DNA from: Monocercomonoides exilis PA203
Lineage: Eukaryota > Protista > Preaxostyla
Reading direction: 5' to 3'
Assembly: GCA_001643675.2 (NCBI GenBank)
Contig: LSRY02000034.1
Location: 806,001-870,000 of the forward strand
DNA length: 64,000 bases
Under the pieces are notes generated by a model. That model did no database searches, was not told where the DNA came from, and saw nothing but the letters and a program-made list of their open reading frames with translations. The position numbers were made by a program, and so were the translations under genes. Every line of letters starts with the position of its first letter. Within the stretch, counting starts at the first letter, position 1. This document shows, piece after piece, positions 34,670 to 45,800 of this stretch.

Positions 34670-36004
34670 TTTAAATAATCTGGAAGATTGCGACGAGGAT
34701 GTGCAAAAGCAGATTATAGAAGATATGAACGGAGCTATGGAAATGATGAATCGAAAAGAATTTGAATCTGTATTCACAAGAGAAATGTTCGGCAGAATCA
34801 ACAAAATGATTGAAGAAGAGAAATTGTCATGGGGAAATGCAGTTTTGTTGCTGAAGCGCATTGGGCACTGCAAAACGTTGCTGAAGTCGGTAAACCACGG
34901 ATTTGATTTTTCTTCGTTGAAAACAAGATTTGAAAAGATGATTGATGAAGAAAACAAAAAAGAACGAAAGAACGAAAGACTTCTTGTGAATCTTTATGAA
35001 TGCTTTCTGATGTTGTATGATTTTGGCATCAGCAATGAATTGTTAACTACCTGCGTGCGTAGCCTTCTGAAAGTCGCATTGTGCAAAGAGGACAGCAAGG
35101 AAGCACAAAAAGAAGTGGAAATAGTTTTGATGGCTTTGAACAATGTTTATACATATGGAGTTTGAACATTTCTGCTTTATTTTTGATTTCATTGACCGTT
35201 TTTTATTTTATTTTATTTTATTTTATTTTGAATCTCTATTTTAAGAGCTCTATGAAAAAAGAGCAGTATTTAAATGAGATGACAGAAATCATCAGATATC
35301 ATCAGGAGCATCGAAATTTGACACGGCTCGCATATCAATCAGCTTGGGAGTTTTTGATTGGCCGATTAACGTATGATGGAGAGTTGAACAGCGCAATTGT
35401 GAACGAGCTTCATTTTACAAAAGAAGCAAGAAAAGAACTGGAAGATCTTGCAAGATGCCTTGATGGGGAAGAAAACGAAAGGAACACGAAAAAAGTGTTT
35501 GAAGGAAATATGCTAAGAAGATGGATCGGAACAGTTGAAGTGTTATTTTTCAATTGCCAATTGCGGAAAGAGGATAGCATTGGTCTTTTGAACAGCGTAA
35601 TGAGGGTATTTAAAGTTGCAAAGGATAATTACGATGAAATTCGATTATTATGTTTTAGTTTTTTCAAAAGAGCAGCGAATAGAAATATGGAATATGTTGA
35701 TATGATATTCAACGAAGGAATTGTGGATCAAGTTTTGGGGGTTATTTCCCAGTCAAACGTTGATAGATCGCAAATTGAAGACTATTTGTCGTTTTTGGAG
35801 CATCTTTGCAAAATGCTACAAGAAAAGACGGAAATTGAAAAAGATGAGAAAGACAGAAAACGGATACAAAGAAAGCTGTTTGAAAAGATGGAAGAAGAAG
35901 GAACTGAAGACTGCCTCGTCAGATTTCGCAATGTGATAATTAAAGGAGAGTTTAATGATTATTTTTTGATTGGAGATTTGGAAGATTATTTTTTTGGAAT
36001 CTAA
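34670..36004 (+). CDS. Lineage-specific helical family paralogue 2, apparently intact; intron 35160-35245; 5' exon not resolved
   Basis: ORFs 34701-35165 and 35081-36004 join in phase 0 through an 86-nt GT-AG intron; same family motifs. Confidence 0.72.
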
Positions 36005-36849
36005 TTTGTTTGGGAAAGCATTTGCATCCTTTTTTGTACATCCTCAATGTTCATTTTTCAGTTGGTCATTCATTTTTTTATTTTTCAAGAGCATTTTATT
36101 TATTATTTATCAATAAAACCAGAGTGTTCTTTTATTTGAGACTAAGTTTTCAATAATTCAGAAAACAAACTGGTAAATAATGAATCTCGAGTATTTCTTT
36201 TGTTGTTCAAATTTGTTGTTTGAGGTGCATTTGTTATTATGGCTTTCATAATCAATAATTTTAATGTTTTTATTGTGCAAATTTAAATTTTTGAAATGTT
36301 TTTGATTCTTTTTTGTTTTTGGGATTTGAATCGTAAGTTGTTCAAATTGTATATAACTGAATGATTATTTCACTTTTGAAAATAAAAGTGTGAAATTTGA
36401 TATTTTTAAATTTGAATTTATTATTTTGATGTCTGTTTTTGTCTCGGTTCAACTGTTTAGCTTTATGAAATCTCACATATTCATTAATAAATATGCACTC
36501 AAAATGAATAGCTATAAATTCCCAACTGATATCACAAAAAAAAATATGAATAAACATGGTGAGTACGCAGAATTTTTCAGTGAAAAGTCATTTGTGTAAA
36601 TGACTTTAATTCAATAAAATAACTGTTTCATTTTGTTTTTTAAGAAATATTGGAAAGATGTTAAAAATTGGTTTTTTTATTTTTCCCAAAGAAATTGGAC
36701 GAAAATTTTTCTAATGAATAACATGTTAACAGTTGTCACTGTGCAGATAACGTTTTTAAATTATAATTAACAAATGAAATATATCTCTATTTGTGTGATT
36801 GCTTTTGTAAACATTTTTTCTCTGTGTCCAAATTTTTTTTGCAACGTTC

Positions 36850-37045
36850 ATTTTGTTTGATATTCAGATGAAAATAATAATAAATATTTTTTGTTATCTT
36901 TTTATTTCAACTCATCACATTTCACCAGCATGAAAAAAATACCTTGGCAATGGAAAATTTCCATGTTGGTGAAATGTGGTAAGTTGGAATTACAATATGA
37001 TGTAAATATTCAATATTCATTTTCATCTGAATATTAAACAAAAGG
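36850..37045. repeat. Degenerate long palindrome (old MITE?)
   Basis: Central stem CACATTTCACCAGCATG / CATGTTGGTGAAATGTG (36916-36978) and outer match TTTTGTTTGATATTCAGATGAAAAT vs its complement at ~37019-37043. Confidence 0.55.
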
Positions 37046-37620
37046 CACTTTTCAAAAAATTTTCGATTTCTCAAAAATTCTTGAACAAATGTATGCATTG
37101 AATACTTATTAACAAATATTGATAAGGAATTCATTTATTACAGATCACTATGTCATGTTCACATCTCAATCATTGAATTTTTAAACGATGATGATGAAAT
37201 ACACATTTGAATATCAAACTTTCTCTAAAATAAATTAGATTTTTCGTGAATCCACACACAGTGAAAAAGTTATGATTTCTAAAAATAATTGCATATTTCT
37301 TTCTGGCAACTTCATATAGTATAGACTTCTATTCGGATCTCAGAATAATATCACATTCAAACTTTCTTTTTATCGAAAAACATCTTCTTAAAAATATTTA
37401 TTTTCCGATTTAGCTCCTGGGATTAACAAAAATATGCAGAAGAAATGAGAAATCGAATTTTAAAAAATATCTCAAGGAGTTTCATTTGACTATTTTAAAG
37501 GGCAGAATTCAAAATGGGTTCGGCGCTGAGTGGATATCTTGAAAGAGTTTTTTTTTCAGATTCACAGTCACTGATCCATACACAATCCATTCAGCTCGTG
37601 GATAATAAAGTGAATGAATA

Positions 37621-38503
37621 CACCAAAAATAATTCTATTTCGGAATTAATAATTCAAAATCGAAAATTAATTATTCGATTTCGAAAAAGAATAATTAAAT
37701 TTCGAAACGTATATTATTTTGTTTTGTGGAATGAATAACTTGTGTTTGGGGTTATAAATTCTTTAAATTTTTGTCTCATCAGCAAATTATGTTTATCTAT
37801 ATTTGAAAAATGACGCATTTTCATTTTAAAATTTTCTTTCATTTTGAATGAAAATTTTTTGATTGAAGTAAATTTGAAAAGGAAATAAATACATTTTAAT
37901 GATTAAAACAGATATTATTCAAAATTTTGCCAATGAAACAATCACATTATTGTGAAGAAATAATTCAATAATCGTGATTAAATTTTTTCAATTTATATTT
38001 GATGATTCAATAGAATGAATTTTTATAAAATTTTTATTATTTGAGTGATGATTTTCGAAAATGATAAAAAATTTTTAAAAAATTGATTTATTTATTGTTG
38101 CAATAAAAAAACAGTTTTCTTCGAGAAATAGTACTTGATTGGATGATAAATAACTTGAACTTTTCTGAAATCCATTCTTGAGAAAAATTAAGAATTTCAA
38201 TTTATAATGAATTTCGAAATTGAAGTATTCATTTTCGAAATCGAATTATTCTTTTTCGAAATCGAATTAATAAATTACGAAATTGAATTATTAATTTCCG
38301 AATTTGAATTATTAATTTTCGATTTTGAATTATTAATTCCGAAATCGAATTATTTTTTTTCGAAATAGAATTATTAATTCCGAATTTGAATTATTTTTTT
38401 TCGAAATTGAAATATTAATTCCGATTTTGAATTATTCTTTTTCGATTTTGAATTATTAATTCCGAAATCGAATTATTTTTTCGAAATAGAATTATTTTTG
38501 GTG
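37621..38503. mobile_element. TA-flanked foldback/MITE with subterminal ~21-bp tandem arrays
   Basis: TA|CACCAAAAATAATTCTATTTCG ... CGAAATAGAATTATTTTTGGTG|TA (22-bp perfect TIR). Arrays of GAATTATTAATTCCGAAATC-like units at ~37630-37705 and, inverted, at ~38210-38500. Confidence 0.8.
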
Positions 38504-38569
38504 TATGTTTCAGCAAATTAATAAATCTCGATTTGATTTAATTATCTGTTTTTTTCATTTTCCGAAAAT

Positions 38570-38618
38570 GAAAAAAAAAAAAGAAAAAGAAAAAAAGAAA
38601 AAAAAAAGAAAAGAAAAG

Positions 38619-38652
<34 letters not shown>

Positions 38653-38708
38653 GAAAATAAAAGAAAAGAAAAGAAAAGAAAAAGAAAAGAAAGAAAAGAA
38701 AAGAAAAG

Positions 38709-38739
<31 letters not shown>

Positions 38740-38928
38740 GAAAAAGAAAAGAAAAAAGAAAAGAAAAAGAAAAGAAAAGAAAAGAAAAGAAAAGAAAAAG
38801 AAAAGAAAAAGAAAAGAAAAGAAAAGAAAAGAAAAGAAAAGAAAAGAAAAGAAAAAGAAAGAAAAGAAAAAAGAAAAGAAAAAGAAAAGAAAAGAGAAGA
38901 AAAGAAAAAGAAAAAAAGAAAATAAAAG

Positions 38929-38959
<31 letters not shown>

Positions 38960-39113
38960 GAAAAGAAAAAAAAGAAAAGAAAGAAAAGAAAAGAAAAAAA
39001 AGAAAAGAAAGAAAAGAAAAGAAAAGAAAAGAGAAGAAAAGAAAAAAGAAAAGAAAAGAAAGAAAAGAAAAGAAAAGAAAAAAGAAAAGAAAAGAAAAGA
39101 AAAGAAAAGAAAA
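38570..39113 (+). repeat. (GAAAA)n polypurine microsatellite, ~540 bp
   Basis: Directly visible; almost purely A/G. Confidence 0.97.
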
Positions 39114-39811
39114 TCTTTTAACCACAAGACTCTTTTTTGAAAAATCATCAATATGTTTATTTTGAAAAAAAAAGATGTCTGATTATATGGGATAAAATTC
39201 TTGCTTTTATGAAAAAAAGAACAATTTGTTCCAAACTTTTTCCACTTTCATGTCATAACATGTCAAACATTATTATGCAAATACACTTCGAAGAAAAAAT
39301 ATTGAGAGATTTGTTCGAAATTTCTGTGTGGAACAAAATTCATAATTCAAAAAATATCGTCCCATATACAAAAAGGTTTTTGTGAATCACACAACAAAAA
39401 ATTCTCAAGAAATTATCTAAAAATTTAGTTGATTCGATAATGAATTGAGTGATTATTATTGAAATCTTAACTTTTTTAAGGGTGTTTATTTTTCAAAGGC
39501 AGATAACATTTGAAAAGAGATTTTGTTTTCAATTTGAAAATTCAGACAAATATTCAAAAAATAAATGTTTATGCTCAAATAAAGATGTTGATGTTTTCAA
39601 CAAACCTATTCATTTTTTTGTGGTCTTTTGTTGATATTAAAGTGAAGTTTTCGAACCGATATTTTTGAAAGAAAAATATGCTTTCAAAAGTTATCACCCA
39701 TATTAATTTCTTTTTATAATAAAAGTCTCAAATAATTGTTTTCGATTTTTAAAAATGAAAAAAAGAATTATTGGAAAATTTAAATTTCTGAATTAAAAAT
39801 ATCTCATTTCT

Positions 39812-42800
39812 TCAAACAATCACAAAATAGTCTGATATATCCAACGACAATTTCCAATCAAAATAAAATTTTTTGTTAAGAAAAACCAATCTTTCATGAA
39901 AGCTTACAATGGTATCTTCATGTCCTTCTTCTTCCATCTTTTCAAACAACTCCACAATCATTACCTTTCGTTTCGCTTCATCAATTTCATCATCCACCTT
40001 TTCTTTCACTGTTTTTGAGAAATTCAAAAGGAATTTCAAACAATTAAATATGCTATCATCCTTTATTGTTATTTGCTTAAGTTCTTCAAAAACAGCATCG
40101 ACAGCTCTTCCTTTCAGCAAGTCATCAACATCCGCAGCTTCGTTTCTCACCACATTTACAAAAATGCAAATGCATTCTTTCCCTATTTCCCTGTAGTTAT
40201 CTTTTGCTGCACGAAATGTCTGAACAACGCTTTCAACAACATCTCGAAATTCTTCAATATTCATTTTGCACTTGATGAAGAAACAATTCAATGTTTGCAT
40301 CCATCCCATCAAAACGTATTCTTCTTTTATAACCTTTTCTCTTTCCTCTCCTTTTTTTCTCTTCCAATCCACACATTCACTCAGCTCATTCAATTCTCTT
40401 GTTGCTTCTCTTCCGAAATGCAGATCATTCGCCATTTCTTCAACCAAATTTTTATTATAAAACACTCGGTTTATGAAAAACTGCCAAGCAGACTGATAAG
40501 CAAGTCGTGTCAGATTGTTGTGTCCTTGATGATGTTGGATAATCTCTTTGATCCCATCCGAAAACAATTCCTCTGATACTTCCTTACAAAAATTAAAAAA
40601 AAATAAAAGTGCATAAGCACCTTTATTGTCAAGAAAATCTTCAATCAATTCCTTCTCTTATAATTGAGAACCACGATCTATGGGTAGTCGCCACGATCGG
40701 ATCAATGATGCAATCACCATTTTTCCCGCAGACAACTGGACTTACACCGGCAACCGAAGCAGCCTCACTGCCAGGTGGGGTGCAAAGCCAGCTTGGGGTC
40801 CAAACGCTCCTTCCACCAATTCCTTCTTCTACGTCGGTATCTTCTCAATCAAGTCCTCCGGAAACAGCGGCAAGAGCAACCGAAGAAAAGAGCACAGAAG
40901 AAGAAACAAACTCAGACTTGCACGAAAGGGCTGCTGACGTTTTTAATAGCATTTTCGGTCAGGAACCAAATAGATCCATTTTTGATCTTCAACTTCCTGC
41001 CTTTTCAATAGAAAGTATTGAACAAGAATACGCGCTTCAGGATCTAAGCCCAGTATTGCAGCCAGTGCCTCCCCCCTTCCAAAAATCGGCCAATTGGTTT
41101 AATGATGCGTTGGATTCCGCGGGTTATAGAATAGAGCTGTGTTTGTATCAGGCTTTCAAGGCTCAGCTTCTGAGCTTGGCTGACTCAGACCCTCATCGGG
41201 AAAGTGCACAAAGGGGAGCTGACGCGTTACTGCTTATAGCGAAGGCATTGCAGGAGGCGAGAACAACCAGGCTGCAAGGAAGATTTGGTTTTCGGATGGC
41301 GGAGCAAATGAAATCAGAAAATGTGACGGGATTATTAACCGAACGCCAGGAGCAGATTTTAAAGGAGACAAGATTGGCGACAAGCTCCTCAACCCCCGTT
41401 AAAGTAACGAGCAGAAAGTCAACAAGTTCCTTATGGTCTAAAGGAGAGAGGAGCTCTGCAACACAGGGGCTTCCAAGAAGAAATTACACTGGCCCAAGAA
41501 AGATCTGGGGCTCACAGTTTTTTCGGAGAGGACCCCGCTCACAGGCAACACGAGAAGGAAAGCGGCAGAGAGATGGATGGACCACAACGAACCGGAGATA
41601 CTACAGCCGAAGTCGGGGTCAACAATAGAGAGGGGAGATGGAGCGAGGAAAGGAGTCATGGGCAGGACAAGGATTGGAGGAAGAACGGAGTTTTTCATAG
41701 AGGCTTGGGAAAGAATTGGTGGTGCCAAGTTGATAAAACAGGGCGTGCAGGCGATGTGGAAAAGCAAACATATGAGAATGAAGCTAAGGGATATGCCGTT
41801 CAGAGATGGAGCCGTTCACTCAAACGAAGATCAAAGAAAGGTGTTCGCAGATCTTCTGCAGGAACAGATAGAGACAGGAATTGTGGAGGAGATAAGGTCA
41901 GAGGAGGTGAGGCACAGGAACAACGTGTTTTTGATCAGAAAGAAATCGGGAGCATGGAGGCAGATACTGGATTGCCGGAGATTGAACGCTGCCTTGATAA
42001 AGACGCACTTCAAATGCGACAACGAAAAGACAGTAGAGCGTGTGCTGAGAAGAAAAGATTTCGCAGTCTCAGTGGATTTGCAACAGGCCTACTATCTGCT
42101 TCCGGTGTCCAAAGACCTAAGACCATATTTGGCTTTCAGATTTTCTGGAAAAGACTACACATTCAGAGGAATGCCGTTTGGTTTCGTAGACGCCCCAAGA
42201 GTTTTCACGCACGCGATGAGGAAGGTGACTTCAGAAATCAGGAAACGATGGGATGTTCGGGTAATCGCGTATTTGGACGATTTCCTTATATTACACGAGA
42301 ACAAGGAATTCTTAGCACTAGCCGCCAAAGAGATTATCAGGTTTCTGGAGGAATTAGGTCTTTTGGTGAACCAGGAGAAAAGCCAGTTGACACCAAGAAG
42401 AAGGTTTTCTTTCCTTGGCTTCGAGTGGGACTCGTCGAAGATGAAGGTTCGGCTTGCAAGAGACAGAAAAGAAGCACTGACTCGCTTGTGTCGCAGATGG
42501 GAAAAGGATTGTGTAAAAGCAAGAATTGTGAAAGTGAAAGATCTGGCTTCCTTTATTGGAAAACTCAATGCTGTTCGGTTTGTTCAGCCAGACGCTTCTC
42601 TATGGCTTCACTCCATGCATCGTATGCTCCAGAAAGGAATAAAGGAAAGAGGATGGAAAGGCAAATTGAGGTTGAATGCGTCAATCCTGCAACAGATTCG
42701 GCAATGGATATCGAGGTTGAGAGCACACCCAAGACGCAGACTTATCCCAGTATTTTCCCCGGATGCAACTCTTACAACAGATGCATCGGAGACGGCTTGG

Positions 42801-45800
42801 GGAGCTTCGCTCCTCTTGAACAACCAGCTCCTCGATGCGCACAATCCGTTCCCCCACAGAGTGAGAAAGCAATCATCCAATTTCAGGGAACTAATGGCAG
42901 TATTTCTTGCTCTGAGCCACTTCTCACCAATCCTTCAGGAACATCACGTGTCCTTTCTTCACATAAGATCGGACAATACATCCGTGGTGTTCAACATAAA
43001 CAGATGGAATGCAGGGAAGAAGCTTCGACCAGTGCTGAGGAAATTATGGAGACTAAAACAAGATCTAGGCATAGAGTTGAGAGCGTCACATGTTCCAGGT
43101 GTACTGAACACAAGAGCAGATGCGTTATCACGACTGGAGAGAGCAGGAGACTACGAGGTGCAGGACGAAGAATGGGAAAAGATAATGACGAAACTAAACA
43201 TTGCTCCAACGCTGGACGCGTTTGCAGCGCAACACAATCGCAAAGTGGGAAGATGGTGCGGAATAGGAAGTCATCTTGCAGAAGACGGACTGATGTTTCC
43301 CTGGAAGAACGAAGTCGTGTTAGCTCATCCACCGATCCCGCTTGTGATTCCGACGATCCAGAAAGCACGACAGGAGAGAGCACAAGTGATATTACTCCTG
43401 CCGAATTGGAAGGGACAGAATTGGGAGAGCTTGTTAAGGTCCATTCCCCATTTGGAATGGACTTGGAAGAATCAGAAGGAGGTTCTGCGGAAGGGTCCAT
43501 CGATGCAATGGACAGGTGCGAGTCTTCCACCAGGTCGATTGAGGATAATCTGGCTGAATGCACCTTACGCGATGGGGAACAATGGTGGAAGAATGCATTG
43601 GAACAAAAATCAATCCCTTTCTCGTTAGCAGAAGAGTGCAGAGCAGGCATATCCAAGAGCACATGGCGAGGGTATCTGTATGGATTTGCTCATTTTGGAA
43701 AACAATGGAGAGAGTGTGGACATGGAAGAATACCGGAGTCTATTCAAGAGTGGGCCGCATGTTGTGCAAATGTGTTTCTATCGCTTAGGAACGGTGGCAT
43801 GAAGTTAACTTGCCTTCAATTGACAAGGGCAGCAGTATCGCTTTACTCCAATATTGTATTCTCTTCCTTCCTTGGAGACATCCCTATTATTCGTACCCTT
43901 TTTAGATCGTTCCGAAGGACGGACAAGTCAAGAAAGAAGAAGACAGGAGACATTTGGAATCCTCGAATAGTGCTTAATTTCTTTTCTGGCCTGGGACCAA
44001 ATGAAGGGTTAAGCTTTAAACAGCTCACTATGAAAGTGATTGTTCTAACGATGTTGTTTTCAGCTTGTAGATTCACGGAGCTCGAGAGGATCAATATGTT
44101 GGAAAGCAGGTTTGAGGAGGAAGGCGTGTATTTGGACACAAAGTTGAAGACCTCAAACACACGCACGGAGATTGCTGTTCCGTTCTTACCAGAACTGAGT
44201 TTGATTTGTCCCGCATCAGCGATCCAGGAATTGTGGAAAAAAGTCCAAGAGAAAAACAGTCACACAGACAAATTGCTTCTTAACACAGAGAACTTTCATC
44301 CGTTAGCTGTAGAAGGAATTCGGAAGCTCGCAAAGGAAGCGATTTATGATGCAGGAGTGCCCAAGAGATTCACACCATACTCGATCAAAGCAGCAAGCCT
44401 TTCAGCACTGACGATGGCAGGAATTCCCCCAGAACAAGTGGCAAGGTTTGCAAGATTGTCACCACGAACAAACACGTTGGTCAAACATTATTTTCGATCA
44501 AACCTAGCATCATCAATGGCCCGCGTTATTGCCTCTGCAACAAACGATCAAGAAGATAGAGCGAACAGAGAGGATGCAGACAGCACAGCCATGTACAGAA
44601 GATCCGAAGCAAAGAAGAGAGGCGGAAATGAGAAAACAACTAAACCACAAGCCAATAGCTCTATATGTCAACGAGAGAATGCAGAACAAAGAAGTGGGGA
44701 AGAACAGCCAATGAGGCCTACAAGGATTGAAGAGCCCAGTGAAGGAAAAGGAGATCCGCCAGAACAGGTAAAAGAGTTCATAATCAGAACAAGGGCCCAA
44801 ATAAGGAAGGAATCAGAGGAAAAGCAAAGGACGATCACGAAAGCTGTTCTGATGATGGTCTCATCATCTCCCAATTAACTTGTGTTCTCAATTATAAGAG
44901 AAGGAATTGATTGAAGATTTTCTTGACAATAAAGGTGCTTATGCACTTTTATTAGGAAAGAAAATCGAATATCAATTCCTTCTCTTTGGCCCACCACCGT
45001 TTCACTCCCACCCATGTAAATAAGTGTTTCGAGTTATGGTGTTCTTGTTTATTCCTTTTCTTAGCGTTAATAAAGTATGTGATAACGCTTGTTCAGTTGG
45101 TTAGCTCGTTTTTTATCCAATTGTTGGTTTATGGTTAAGTTGTTGTGAAATTGTCGATTGCATTTCAGAATTTTCCACCATTTCACAACCTTGATCCTCA
45201 CGGGCGACTACCCATAGATCGTGGTTCTCAATTATAAGAGAAGGAATTGATATTCGATTTTCTTTCCTAAAAAAAAAAAAAAAAAAAAAAAATCAAAGTC
45301 AGAAAATAAAACAAAACTGGACAAGTATTTTCACACTTCAGATCCCCAAATATTTTTCAAAGTTAGTAATGCCATTTCCACTTCTTTTTGAGCCTTCTCA
45401 TTTCCCCCTTTATTTGAAGATACTTTCAAAAGATAATGGATACAAATTGAAAGAACTGTTTTTGGAGAAACGTTTTCATTCAACACAAAAAAGCATTCAC
45501 AAAGATCAACAATAAGTTTTTCATTTTTTTCTTCTTTCTTGTCATCCTCTTCATTAATCATTTTCAGAATGCTTTCGTACAGAAAAGAATGATTAAAACT
45601 TTGACTTGAGATGCTGAAAAGCATTTTGCAACGGCCAATGCACTTTAACAATAAAATCACATTTTCGGTCATCAATTTTTTTTGTTCAATAATTTTATTA
45701 ATTCTGTTGAACATTTTTGTTGTGAACAATGATTGAAATCTATCTTCATTCATTTCCTCAACCATTCTGCTCATTTCTTCGATTTTCTGTTTCTGTTCAA

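Larger units (their letters stand above)
40604..45270 (+). mobile_element. Full-length DIRS1-type tyrosine-recombinase retrotransposon (~4.67 kb)
   Basis: Perfect 49-bp ITR core (40644-40692 / 45203-45251). ICR 44884-44986 is complementary to both outer termini. Three intact overlapping ORFs (gag, RT-RH-MT, YR); no conventional TSD. Confidence 0.96.

Noticed and set aside
38210-38500. CRISPR-like regular repeats
   Set aside because: Degenerate tandem units with no unique spacers, inside a TIR element, in eukaryotic DNA.
38538-39151. Phe/Ser/Leu-rich ORFs of 195 and 198 aa
   Set aside because: Translations of the (GAAAA)n microsatellite.
40583-40648. N-terminus MIEDFLDNKGAYALL of ORF 39812-40648
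   Set aside because: Derived from the DIRS left terminus and intron sequence; the real exon starts at 40582.
45269-45292. Poly-A tail suggesting non-LTR retrotransposition
   Set aside because: A-runs lie on both sides of the element and correspond to the host intron's poly-T tract; the element has YR/ICR features.
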